A stretch of DNA of 64,000 nt from Deltaproteobacteria bacterium (GCA_027023445.1 JALVVK010000001.1:10964-74963), one strand, 5' to 3'. Shown: positions 16,492 to 25,485, numbered from the stretch's first letter. The notes: a model not told the origin generated them from the letters alone. Translations and numbers: made by a program.

Positions 16492-17150
16492 GTAGGTTTT
16501 CATGTGCCGGCGCATCTTCCGGGTTTACTCTGATAGAATTGCTTGTGTCCATCACCCTGGTCGCGGTAATCGTCATGATCCTTTCCCTCGGACTCAGAAG
16601 CGGCCTGAGGGCCTGGACCCGGGGCAGGGAAAGCAACCGCCTTATGGCCAGAATCACGCTCGAAAGGCTGCTGGGAGCCCAACTGAGAGCGCTGGCCCGC
16701 AACGAAGGAAGTTCCATGGTGGACATGGCCAGGTTTGAAGGAAATCACAGGGAAATGGTGTTTACCACCACGCATGTACCCATGGGTACGGAGGAAGGAG
16801 GCATATTCAAGGTGGTTTACCGCTATTATCCCGAAGAAAGGCGCCTCCTGTATGCACAGAAACTTATCACCACCCAGGAGGATCTCAGGGAAAATCTGCC
16901 CGATACTGCCAGGGCGGGCGATGAAGACCTGCTGAAGGCCGGCTGGCTGGTTTCCGAGCTGACAGATGTGCCGGCCGCCGGGTTTGATTATCTGGCAAAA
17001 GCAGAGAAAGGCCGTTTTAACGAATGGGAGGAGGAATGGAAGAGACCGGGCGCTGTTCCCGGCAGGGTAGCCCTTTGCTGGGGTAAACAAAATCCAGGGG
17101 AAGATGGGACGGACTGCACGGTTTTCACCACCACGCCCCTTGATTTCTGA
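16488..17150 (+). CDS. gspJ: minor pseudopilin, GspJ-like
   Basis: SGFTLIELLVSITL prepilin motif near the N-terminus. The likely start is GTG 16488, overlapping the gspI stop (GTGA); the ATG at 16461 in the track would add an implausible leader. Confidence 0.55.
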   Translation: MSRFSCAGASSGFTLIELLVSITLVAVIVMILSLGLRSGLRAWTRGRESNRLMARITLERLLGAQLRALARNEGSSMVDMARFEGNHREMVFTTTHVPMGTEEGGIFKVVYRYYPEERRLLYAQKLITTQEDLRENLPDTARAGDEDLLKAGWLVSELTDVPAAGFDYLAKAEKGRFNEWEEEWKRPGAVPGRVALCWGKQNPGEDGTDCTVFTTTPLDF

Positions 17151-17153
17151 ATA

Positions 17154-18071
17154 ATGAAGCAGACAGGCAGGCATCCGGGAAAATCGCGGGCAATGTGGCC
17201 CGCGCGCGCGGCAAGGGGATCCGTGCTCGTCATGGTCCTCTGGGTGCTTACCATACTTTCACTGATAGGCTGCTATTACGCGGTTGATGTAAAAATACAG
17301 AGAAGTTTCGGACAGCAGCTCTGGGATGACGTATCCTCAAGGGCCGCCGCGCGTTCCCTGCTTTTACTGCTGGCAAAGCGAACCGCGCCCCCGGGCATCC
17401 GGCCGGAGGACGCGGAGGAAAAGGGTTTGTTTATCACTGATGGCAGAAAATATCATGTGTATGTGGGCGGGAAAGAAGTAACCTTTGATATTGAAGACGA
17501 AAGGGGCAAGCTGGATCTGAACCACGCGCCTGAGGATCAGATCCGAAGGCTTCTCAGGGGCGTGTTCTCAGAACAGGACACAGAACGCGCGGATACCATC
17601 ACTGACAGCATACTGGACTGGAGGGACCAGGACAAACTGACAAGGTTGAACGGGGCGGAAGACCGGGTGTATGAAGAGAAAAGCCCGCCTTATCATCCGG
17701 CAAACGGCCCATTTCATCTTGTCGAGGAACTTCTGCTGATAAACGGGGTGGATATGAAGGCATATTACGGCCCCCTGGAATGGAAACCCGCTGATTCGGA
17801 TACGGATAATGCCACGTGGAGGGGAGGGCTCAAGGACCTTTTTACCGTGTACAACAGCGCCGGCAACCCCGTGAAGGATCTCGCCCCGCTCCCCATCAGG
17901 GAAATCCTTGGGAATGAACCGGGCGGCCGCACCAATGCCCACCCGGTCTTTCGCGTAAACCTGGCAATGGGAACCAGGAGGCTACAGGTCTTCTGGAGGC
18001 CCGGCGGCGCTGAAACATTCCAGTTGATTCACTGGGGAGAAATGCTATCATCAGGCGAGTTATGGGATTGA
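17154..18071 (+). CDS. gspK: minor pseudopilin GspK-like
   Basis: 305 aa; N-terminal hydrophobic helix (GSVLVMVLWVLTILSLIG) without the conserved Glu5, and a LDLNHAP / helix-hairpin-helix-like region (FHLVEELLLINGV), typical of GspK. Confidence 0.6.
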   Translation: MKQTGRHPGKSRAMWPARAARGSVLVMVLWVLTILSLIGCYYAVDVKIQRSFGQQLWDDVSSRAAARSLLLLLAKRTAPPGIRPEDAEEKGLFITDGRKYHVYVGGKEVTFDIEDERGKLDLNHAPEDQIRRLLRGVFSEQDTERADTITDSILDWRDQDKLTRLNGAEDRVYEEKSPPYHPANGPFHLVEELLLINGVDMKAYYGPLEWKPADSDTDNATWRGGLKDLFTVYNSAGNPVKDLAPLPIREILGNEPGGRTNAHPVFRVNLAMGTRRLQVFWRPGGAETFQLIHWGEMLSSGELWD

Positions 18072-19432
18072 AAATCAGGGGAAAAGAGCTTCTTGGCATA
18101 TACCTGGGAGATTCAGGCATTGAATTCCACTGCCTTAAGGGGGGCATGGGAGGCTGGGAGTCCGTACCCGCCCCGATCACCGCGCACGAAACAGGGAGGT
18201 CAGGCGCGGAGGACCTGAAAAGGCAGCTCGGTTCCCTGCGATATTCAGCAAACAGGACCATATGCATCGGTCTTCCCAGAAGGGCCTTTTTCCTGAGGGA
18301 AATATCCCTGCCACAACTGGCTCCGGAGGAGGCGGAAAATTCCGTGAGACTCGCCATAGGCCTCCACGCCCACCTTGACCCGGAACAGATTTATTTTGAC
18401 CAGATCGCCTTCTCCAGGGACGGGCAGACCACGGTTCTCCTGGCCTACATTAACAGGCACTTTCTTGATCCTTTCCTGCGCGCGATTCAGGATTCGGGCC
18501 ACGGCAGGTCCCTGGGGCCGATTTCTCCGGCCACCCTTGGAATGGACATCCTTATGAGAAACATCCTGAACCTTTCGTCTCTTCCCTGTTTGTTCATGGG
18601 GTTCCAGGGCGGGGATCTTGTGGTATCCCTGCACGGAGCAGATGGCTGGGAGGGTTCCCATTTCATTGGATGGGATAAACAGGATGAAGCCATATCAAGG
18701 CTTGAGGAAATCCTGAGATGCCTGCCCGGGGCCTTTTCCTCACAGGATATTCCTGTGTACTGGAAAGGAGACCAGGCTTCCTGTCCGGAGGGTATTCCGG
18801 TAGGGGTACGGCCCCTGGCCGGCATTTCCGGCCTTGGGAAAGAGCCCCTCGCGCCTTCCTGGGCTCTGTGTTCAGCAGCCCTTGGCCTGAGTGAATATCC
18901 GGCGCTGTCCCTGCAGCCGAAGCCCAGGAAAAAACCCCTGCGAATGAGGATAAAGCCTGTCCAGTTCATGGCAGGCGCCACCGCAGCCGCGCTGCTGCTT
19001 GCTTCGGGTACACTCGGCCTCAGGCTGCACAGTTACTCACATAGGCTTGACGCGCTTCATAAGGAAGCCAGGATGCTTGACCGGCAACTGGCTCCGCTTG
19101 TAAAAATAAAGGCGCAACTGGATCAGGTCCAGGAGAAACTATCCCATATACAATCGTTTAAATCTCAGTATCCGTCGGATCTGGAGGTTTTGAAGATTCT
19201 GGCGCAGCAGACCCCCAGGCAAACATGGATCAAGATCCTGAGCATCAGGAACAACAGGTTGCGCCTTGCGGCTGAGGGGGATTCCGCGGTGGAGACAATC
19301 GCCGCGTGGAGAAAATCTCCCATGTTTTCAGAGGTGAAGATGGTATCTCCTGTTATCAAGAGCAGGGAGCAGAAGGAACGGTTTTCCGTGGAAATAATCC
19401 TGGTCTCTCCAGGCAGTTCCAAGGACGGTTAA
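18062..19432 (+). CDS. gspL: GspL-like (PilM/PilN-like) assembly protein
   Basis: 456 aa; cytoplasmic actin-like N-domain, one central TM helix (GATAAALLLASGTLGL) and a periplasmic coiled-coil/ferredoxin-like tail. Position lies between gspK and gspM. Confidence 0.5.
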   Translation: MGLKIRGKELLGIYLGDSGIEFHCLKGGMGGWESVPAPITAHETGRSGAEDLKRQLGSLRYSANRTICIGLPRRAFFLREISLPQLAPEEAENSVRLAIGLHAHLDPEQIYFDQIAFSRDGQTTVLLAYINRHFLDPFLRAIQDSGHGRSLGPISPATLGMDILMRNILNLSSLPCLFMGFQGGDLVVSLHGADGWEGSHFIGWDKQDEAISRLEEILRCLPGAFSSQDIPVYWKGDQASCPEGIPVGVRPLAGISGLGKEPLAPSWALCSAALGLSEYPALSLQPKPRKKPLRMRIKPVQFMAGATAAALLLASGTLGLRLHSYSHRLDALHKEARMLDRQLAPLVKIKAQLDQVQEKLSHIQSFKSQYPSDLEVLKILAQQTPRQTWIKILSIRNNRLRLAAEGDSAVETIAAWRKSPMFSEVKMVSPVIKSREQKERFSVEIILVSPGSSKDG

Positions 19433-19433
19433 G

Positions 19434-19976
19434 GTGATCAGGACTAAAGGGAAAAATCCTGTTCTGAAATACGGACTTATCATACTGGCTTTCGTCCTGT
19501 GGTACGTTGTTCTGTGGCATCCGCTTGCCACAAAGACCGCGGAGGTCAGGTCAAAGCTGCAGACAGAGGAGGCCCGGATAGAAAAGCTGAAAAAGAAACT
19601 TGAGCAGTACAAGGATTTGGACAAAAGGCTTCAGAAGTCGAGGGCTGAACTTGACAGGGCGATGGCCGGCCTTGTGCCTGGAGACACCCCGCAGCTTGTG
19701 GCGTCCAGCCTGCAGGACATGTTGCTGAAAAAGGCCTCGGAATTAAACGTCGATGTGGTTACATACAAGACCGGGCGCGTCCGAAAATGGAAGGACTATC
19801 ATGTGGCAGTGGTAACATTTACCCTGGACACGAATACCCGCCAGCTGGTCCGGTTTCTTCAGAGTCTTCGCAAGGAAAACAGGCTTTACCGTATCCAGGA
19901 AATGAATATCCTGCGCATCAGGGGAAAGGGATCGCGTCTGAGGGTCAGACTGGAAATTGAGGCCCTTTGCGTGTGA
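19434..19976 (+). CDS. gspM: GspM/PilO-like assembly protein
   Basis: 180 aa; N-terminal TM helix, a coiled coil (EARIEKLKKKLEQYKDLDKRL), then a small alpha/beta domain. GTG start. Confidence 0.5.
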   Translation: MIRTKGKNPVLKYGLIILAFVLWYVVLWHPLATKTAEVRSKLQTEEARIEKLKKKLEQYKDLDKRLQKSRAELDRAMAGLVPGDTPQLVASSLQDMLLKKASELNVDVVTYKTGRVRKWKDYHVAVVTFTLDTNTRQLVRFLQSLRKENRLYRIQEMNILRIRGKGSRLRVRLEIEALCV

Positions 19977-19988
19977 GGGATTGGACAC

Positions 19989-22073
19989 ATGATCAAGCAT
20001 AAATCAACATGGGAAAAGTCAATGCCGGGGAAAATCTGTTTCTGGATGTTTATTCTTGTTCTCTCAGTTATGCCTTCCATGGCATATTCCCAGCAGGATG
20101 CGCCTCCTGCCACAGAGAACCGGAACGCTGCCATCCCGCAGGTGCAGACATCTCCCTTTGAAAATGCCGCGCCCGGTGAGAAAAAACCCATAGAAATCAC
20201 CCTGGACAACATGGATATCTATCCTGTGTTGGATTATATCCTGGGCGGTATCCTGGGGCTCAACTATGTGGTGGATCCGGCGATCAAGGGCACGATCTCG
20301 GTCAAAATCCGGGGAGAATATTCCAGGGCCGAGCTTTTGAATCTGTTGAACTCCATACTCCAGATCCATGGTATAGCCCTGACCAGAAATTCCCAGGGCC
20401 TTTACATGGTGGTGCGCAAGGCAAACAGCGGCAAGGTAGGGGCATCCGATGTTATTCCTCCGGGGCACAGGCCCATGGCCCCTGGAGACGTGGTCCAGGT
20501 CTTTCAGCTTCATTATCTTTCGGCCATACATGCCGCTGCGAATCTCAGGAATTTTGTGTCTCCCGGAGCCACGCTTGTTCCTGTTACCAGCCTCAACTCC
20601 CTTATCCTGGTGGATACGGCGGACAATGTCAAAAAGGTGGGGAAAATCCTCTCCCTCATGGACACCAACCTGTTCAAGGATATTTACTGGCGTGTTTACA
20701 GCCTGGAGTATACGGATGTTGAGGACATGGCTCGTGATCTCAACAAGATATTCGGCAGTGGAGGCCTGTATATGCGCCAGGGCATGGACAGGAAGGGCCT
20801 GCAGATCCTGCCTTTGAAAACCATCAACTCCCTCCTTGTGGTGACCCGGTGGAACGAACTGCTGAAGCTCGTGGATAAGTGGATCAGGGAACTGGATCAA
20901 GGCCAGTCGGATAAGGGCACCAGGGTCTATGTCTATTTTGTGCAGAACGGAAAGGCCTCTGAACTGGCAGACCTTCTGAAGCAGTTGTATACGGGTAAGG
21001 CTGCCTCTGAAAAGGGTCACAAAAAGGTGTTGGTGGAAAAAGTAAAGGAGGCAAGACCTGCCCAGTCTGCCGCAGGTGAACTGAGTGAAAAAGTTGAGAT
21101 AATCCCGGACGAGGCAAACAACGCCCTTCTCATCAAGGCGTCCCCAAAAGATTATAGAATTATAAAGAACGTCCTGGCCAAGATAGATGTGGTTCCAAGG
21201 CAGGTGCTGATTGATGTGTTGATTGCAGAAGTTACCCTGGATAAAACCTTTCAATACGGTGTCGAATGGTTTCTAAAAAGCCATAGCGGGGCATATTCCT
21301 CAGATATAGTGTTGACCGATACTAACATTCAAAAGACCTTATCGGAGAATACCCCGCTTGGCACGGGTCTGGGAGGATTTTCATACACCCTCTATTCAGC
21401 CGGAGACCTTCGAAACTTGATTACCATGCTGGCTTCAAAGACAAAGGTTAACATCCTTTCCGCACCAAATATCCTGGCAGTAGATAACAAGGAGTCCAAG
21501 ATTGAAGTGACACAGGACGTGCCTATTGCGACCAGTTCAACTACCAGCACTACTGAAAGCACCCTTACGCAGTCTATTCAGTATCGTAATGCCGGTGTCA
21601 TTCTTAATGTAACCCCTTCCATCAACGAAAGTGGACTGGTCAGTATGAAGGTGACGCAGGAGGTCAGTGAGCCCACGGAGAAGTTGGTAGAAGTAGGTGG
21701 AAAGGACAATAAATATCCGAGTTTTACGACCCGTAAGGCCACAACCAATCTGGTGGTACAAGATGGTCATACCATAGCAATCGGGGGGCTGATGAAAAAC
21801 GTAAAAAAGAAGGATCGCTCTGGTATCCCCATACTAAAGGATCTGCCGATTTTAGGCCATCTATTTGGCTGGCGAAGTTACAGCAACACCAAGACGGAAC
21901 TGCTTATAACCATAACCCCTCACGTGATAAAATCCATGAAACAGGCCGACGCTCTTACCAGAGAATTCTCCCAGAGGGTGAAAGCCGTGCAGGAAATGCT
22001 GAAAAAGAACCAGGATATTGCCAAGAGGCCCGGATTCTACAAAAAAGACAATAAGAAGGGTATGAATGAGTAA
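19989..22073 (+). CDS. gspD: type II secretion secretin GspD
   Basis: 694 aa; signal peptide, N0/N1-type repeats, and the C-terminal secretin core (NILSAPNILAVDNKES...VQDGHTIAIGGL...GIPILKDLPILGHLFG). Confidence 0.9.
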   Translation: MIKHKSTWEKSMPGKICFWMFILVLSVMPSMAYSQQDAPPATENRNAAIPQVQTSPFENAAPGEKKPIEITLDNMDIYPVLDYILGGILGLNYVVDPAIKGTISVKIRGEYSRAELLNLLNSILQIHGIALTRNSQGLYMVVRKANSGKVGASDVIPPGHRPMAPGDVVQVFQLHYLSAIHAAANLRNFVSPGATLVPVTSLNSLILVDTADNVKKVGKILSLMDTNLFKDIYWRVYSLEYTDVEDMARDLNKIFGSGGLYMRQGMDRKGLQILPLKTINSLLVVTRWNELLKLVDKWIRELDQGQSDKGTRVYVYFVQNGKASELADLLKQLYTGKAASEKGHKKVLVEKVKEARPAQSAAGELSEKVEIIPDEANNALLIKASPKDYRIIKNVLAKIDVVPRQVLIDVLIAEVTLDKTFQYGVEWFLKSHSGAYSSDIVLTDTNIQKTLSENTPLGTGLGGFSYTLYSAGDLRNLITMLASKTKVNILSAPNILAVDNKESKIEVTQDVPIATSSTTSTTESTLTQSIQYRNAGVILNVTPSINESGLVSMKVTQEVSEPTEKLVEVGGKDNKYPSFTTRKATTNLVVQDGHTIAIGGLMKNVKKKDRSGIPILKDLPILGHLFGWRSYSNTKTELLITITPHVIKSMKQADALTREFSQRVKAVQEMLKKNQDIAKRPGFYKKDNKKGMNE

Positions 22074-22076
22074 GTA

Positions 22077-22754
22077 ATGGCCTTTATTGCAGGTTACATC
22101 AGAAAGTTGAATCATCTGTCTTGTAAGGCCGTATGTGTGGTGCCCCTGACCTTTATGCTCTGTGCCGTCCAAGCCGTAATCGCGGCCGAGGGAACCAGGG
22201 GACAGGGCCAGTATGATATCATCATAAAACAAGACCCTTTTAATCCGGACCGGGGTTCCGGGGGCGAGACGGCAGGTGGCGGTTTTACGTCTGACAAAGG
22301 TCTTGGGGAACATTACCAAATTTATGGTATTATAACCGTTGGAGGAAAGAAAAGGGCCTTTGTAAAGGTGAGACCCTCTTCTGGAGTCGTTTTCAAGAAA
22401 GCCGGAGGGGCTACCAGGCCATCAAACTTCAGGACCGTTTCCATAGGGGACCTGATAGATGGTTGGAAGGTGGCGGATATAACTCCCAGGGGAATAATAC
22501 TGGAATCTGGAAATGAACGGGTCTTCGTGGGGATTTTTGAATCCCCAAAGAGGGAGAGGCAGGCTGGCAGGCCGGTCAATGTCTCTTCGCCCTCAACACG
22601 GCCCGTGCCTGTATTTCCAAAACCTGGCCAGGGCCGGCCTGCACGTGGCGGAACCAGGAAGGTATTTTTCCCGCAGGGTTCCCGGTCCAGGATTTACAGG
22701 GGTAATGTAAACGCGACCGGCCTAAAACCTGTCGCACCTCACCGAGTAAAGTAG
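22077..22754 (+). CDS. T2SS-associated protein, GspC/PilP-like (tentative)
   Basis: 225 aa; N-terminal TM/signal segment and a short beta-rich segment (YQIYGIITVGGKKRAFVKV...IGDLIDGWKVADITPRGIILESGNERVFV) resembling the secretin-interacting HR domain of GspC/PilP, followed by a Pro/Arg-rich tail. Confidence 0.4.
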   Translation: MAFIAGYIRKLNHLSCKAVCVVPLTFMLCAVQAVIAAEGTRGQGQYDIIIKQDPFNPDRGSGGETAGGGFTSDKGLGEHYQIYGIITVGGKKRAFVKVRPSSGVVFKKAGGATRPSNFRTVSIGDLIDGWKVADITPRGIILESGNERVFVGIFESPKRERQAGRPVNVSSPSTRPVPVFPKPGQGRPARGGTRKVFFPQGSRSRIYRGNVNATGLKPVAPHRVK

Positions 22755-22913
22755 ATATTCCAGTCGCTCATCAAGCTGATCCGCATATTCCGCTATGGAA
22801 TAGACCTTGCCGCAACCCTTACACCTAAGGGTTACACTCCTTCAGGTCCTGCATATTTCAAGCGGGCTGTCGCAGAGTCGGCATTTGAGATTGCTTTCTC
22901 CGGAGGATTTCAT
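22722..22913 (-). CDS. small Cys-rich selenoprotein candidate (63 aa, in-frame UGA at codon 24)
   Basis: My own translation of the minus strand: MKSSGESNLKCRLCDSPLEICRT-U-RSVTLRCKGCGKVYSIAEYADQLDERLEYLLYSVRCDRF*. The ATG overlaps the fabD stop (ATGA). The TGA at 22842-22844 sits in a C-x-x-U motif, with CRLC and CKGC pairs on either side. A SECIS-like hairpin follows. The ORF is absent from the track because of the TGA. Confidence 0.55.
22812..22835 (-). promoter_or_regulatory. SECIS-like stem-loop downstream of the in-frame UGA
   Basis: The mRNA reads UGA-AGGAGU-GUAACCCUU-AGGUGU-AAGGGUUGC. This is a 9-bp stem (one G-U pair) and a 6-nt apical loop containing GGU. The loop starts 18 nt after the U of UGA. 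Confidence 0.5.
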
Positions 22914-23842
22914 TTTTTGATCTCCCGCACGCATAATTCAAGGCCTTCAGGATCCTCGACCTGATATGTTTTTACCGGCCGGTCAACCGATTTTTTTATA
23001 AGATTTGTAAGCACCTTCTTTGGGCCCAATTCCACAAAGTTTTCCACTCCTGTCTGGGAAAGGGCTGAGATTATCTCATACCAGCGGACCGGGTTACACA
23101 TCTGGTCTTTCATAAGCGACCTGATCCTGTCAGGATCGGTTTCCGCCCGGGCGCTTACATTGCTGAACATAGGGACGTCGGGCCGTCTGAAGTCCGCCTG
23201 GTCCAGCGCCCTGGCAAATTCCTCTGATGGCTCTTTCATGAGGGGGCTGTGATAGGCTCCTGCTACCTTTAACGGAATGGCCCTGCCACCTTCCTCTTTT
23301 ACAAGGGCGCAGGCACGGTCAATAAGGGGTTTCTCTCCGGTAATTACGATCTGTTCAGGTGAGTTGTGGTTGGCAAGGCTGATAATTCCATCCGCCTTAA
23401 GCGGTTTTATGAGGCCCTCAAGCCTGTCACGGGCAAGGCCGATCACCGCGGCCATCGCCCCGCTGCCTGTCCCGCCGGCCTGCTCCATCAATCTGCCTCG
23501 CAGGTGCACCAGCCTGAAGGTATCCTCCAGGGAAAGTGCCCCACAGGCCCAAAGGGCCGGATATTCACCAAGGCTGTGACCTGCCACGGCATCGGGTTTC
23601 AGGCCTTTTTCCATGGCGGCCGAGCCGCAAATTATATCCATTGCGGTCAGACACGGCTGCAGATTCGCGGTCTTTGTAAGTTCCCCCATGGGCCCTTCCG
23701 TTATAAGCTTCTCAAGAGGGATGCCCGTGACCTCGGCACCTGTTTTCAAAATTTCCCTTGCCTTGGGCAGGGATTCGATAAATGCCTTTCCCATTCCCAC
23801 GTATTGGGAACCCTGGCCTGGAAACACAAAGGCGGTCTTCAT
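22910..23842 (-). CDS. fabD: malonyl-CoA:ACP transacylase
   Basis: 310 aa; FVFPGQGSQYVGMG, active-site GHSLGEY, and the overall FabD pattern. Confidence 0.9.
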   Translation of the reverse strand: MKTAFVFPGQGSQYVGMGKAFIESLPKAREILKTGAEVTGIPLEKLITEGPMGELTKTANLQPCLTAMDIICGSAAMEKGLKPDAVAGHSLGEYPALWACGALSLEDTFRLVHLRGRLMEQAGGTGSGAMAAVIGLARDRLEGLIKPLKADGIISLANHNSPEQIVITGEKPLIDRACALVKEEGGRAIPLKVAGAYHSPLMKEPSEEFARALDQADFRRPDVPMFSNVSARAETDPDRIRSLMKDQMCNPVRWYEIISALSQTGVENFVELGPKKVLTNLIKKSVDRPVKTYQVEDPEGLELCVREIKK

Positions 23843-24285
23843 TCCTCCAGGTCCTCCATGAAATCCATATCATCTTCCTCTTCTTCTTTATCCTTGAGGC
23901 GATGTTCTTCCACAAAAATCGTATAGTCATCCGGGGACAGGAGATCATCCAGTTCACCTGGTTGTGCCAGCTTCATCCGGATGATCCATCCGTCATCATA
24001 AGGGTCTTCGTTGATAAGGGCCGGGTTGTCCAGTATTGCGGTGTTTGTTTCGAGAACAGTACCAGTGACAGGGGAATAGAACTCCATTTCTTTGTCAAGG
24101 GTCTCGACAAATATTATCTCGTCTTCCCTGGAAAGTTCATCTCCTTCGGCTGGGGCATCTACCGAGGTGATGTTACCGAGCCTTTCCTGGATATAGTCGC
24201 TAAGACCTATTATGGCCTCGTTTTTGTTTTCTATTCTCAACCACAGATGGTCCTCGGTGTATAACAGGTCTTCCAGTATCAACAT
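23839..24285 (-). CDS. glycine-cleavage H-protein-like (lipoyl-domain) protein with an acidic tail
   Basis: 148 aa; YTEDHLWL...AIIGLSDYIQERLGNITSVD.P..G and ...VETLDKEMEFYSPVTGTVLETN...DPY.DGW match the GcvH fold. The C-terminus is KDKEEEEDDMDFMEDLEE. The stop overlaps the fabD start (ATGA). Confidence 0.7.
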   Translation of the reverse strand: MLILEDLLYTEDHLWLRIENKNEAIIGLSDYIQERLGNITSVDAPAEGDELSREDEIIFVETLDKEMEFYSPVTGTVLETNTAILDNPALINEDPYDDGWIIRMKLAQPGELDDLLSPDDYTIFVEEHRLKDKEEEEDDMDFMEDLEE

Positions 24286-24294
24286 GAGACCAAT

Positions 24295-24476
24295 CTCCTC
24301 AAACTTTCATGCTAAGTGGTGCTTCGCACCCCTGGCCATGAAAATGTTGAATGATAAATGGTGAATTGTAAATTATGGCAAGCAAATTTTTATTAAATTC
24401 AAGAGGATATAATCCCGGATCATAATTTGGCACCTTAATTTAACATTCATAATTTACCATTTAACATTGTATTTTC
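24295..24476 (+). repeat. ~180-bp composite dispersed repeat (family R2, copy 1)
   Basis: About 85 percent identical to 44826-45000 in the same orientation. It begins with the hairpin aactttcatgctaagtggtgcttcgcacccctggccatgaaa and continues with AT-rich taaatggtgaattgtaaatt / ttaatttaacattca-aatttaccatttaacatt units. Confidence 0.65.
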
Positions 24477-25485
24477 ATCCACCTATGCTTGACATGGTTC
24501 TCCTGCAGCCTAAGTGGCCATTTTCCAGCGCCTGGTGTCCCTTTGGTTTCATATGGACAGCCCTTCGGAAGAACGAGCCCAATTCTTTAGGGGAAATGCC
24601 CCTGCGAAGGACCTTTTTTACGTCGATTTCATGGTCTGAGAACAGGCAGAGGCGAAGCCGCCCATCAGCGGTCAGGCGGATACGGTTGCATGATGCGCAA
24701 AAATGGTTACTGAGCGGGCTGATAAAGCCTAATGTTCCCGGCGCGCCATCCAGTGAGTATATGGCCGCAGGCCCTGAGTCCGGCCCTGAGTCCTGTTTTG
24801 TGAGTGTGCCAAGGCCCGATTCAATCCTTTGCATGATTTCTTCACACGTGACGAGCCTGTCTTCTGACCAGTTTGAATCACTTCCGACAGGCATAAATTC
24901 AATGAAGCGAATCTGGATGGCATACCTGGTGCTCAGCTCTGCCAGCCGTTCTATTTCATGGTCGTTGATTCCCTTCATTATGACCGCGTTAATCTTGATT
25001 GGATCAAAGCCCTGGTCAAGCGCGGAAAGTATTCCATTCCATACCTGTCCAAAAAGGTTTCTGCCGGTAATGGTGGCAAAAAGAGCCGGGTCCAGGGTAT
25101 CGAGGCTGATGTTTATATGACGCACGCCAGCCGCGTATAGTTCAGGGGCAAGGTCTGCCAGGAGCACGCCGTTTGTGGTCATGCAGACCTCCCTTATACC
25201 CGGTAGTTGGGCCAGGTCCCGGGCCAGGTCAAGGATGCCGTATCTTACCAGCGGCTCTCCTCCTGTAAGCCGTATCTTCCTCAGTCCCATTTTGCCCAGT
25301 ACCTGTGCGATCGTGAGGATTTCCTCGTAACGCAGCACTTCATCATGCGGCATCCAGGAAAATGCCTGCTGGGGCGCACAGTATATACAGCGCAGGTTGC
25401 ACCTGTCTGTCACGGACAGACGGAGGTAGGTAAGCCTTCGGCCGTACTGGTCCATGAGAATGGATTCTGAAGCCTGTTTTTTCAA
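24475..25485 (-). CDS. moaA: GTP 3',8-cyclase MoaA (radical SAM)
   Basis: [16 protein letters not shown] radical-SAM motif, a C-terminal [13 protein letters not shown] cluster and a GG tail. The track start at 25485 is a TTG; an ATG at 25455 (MDQYGRR) is an alternative. Confidence 0.85.
   Translation of the reverse strand: MKKQASESILMDQYGRRLTYLRLSVTDRCNLRCIYCAPQQAFSWMPHDEVLRYEEILTIAQVLGKMGLRKIRLTGGEPLVRYGILDLARDLAQLPGIREVCMTTNGVLLADLAPELYAAGVRHINISLDTLDPALFATITGRNLFGQVWNGILSALDQGFDPIKINAVIMKGINDHEIERLAELSTRYAIQIRFIEFMPVGSDSNWSEDRLVTCEEIMQRIESGLGTLTKQDSGPDSGPAAIYSLDGAPGTLGFISPLSNHFCASCNRIRLTADGRLRLCLFSDHEIDVKKVLRRGISPKELGSFFRRAVHMKPKGHQALENGHLGCRRTMSSIGG

Noticed and set aside
20064-21254. 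396-aa minus-strand ORF antisense to gspD. Similar long antisense ORFs occur at 57370-58470 (opposite hisD), 54402-55286 and 54904-55515 (opposite selA), 8302-9084 and 9115-9840 (opposite the DegT and NifS-like genes), 10125-10817, 16500-17174, 47412-48116, 48037-48753, 12821-13357 and 43441-44194.
   Set aside because: They are shadow ORFs opposite well-supported genes with clear family motifs. Their translations are low-complexity, Arg/Gly/Pro-rich and have no recognisable motifs, as expected from GC-rich antisense frames.
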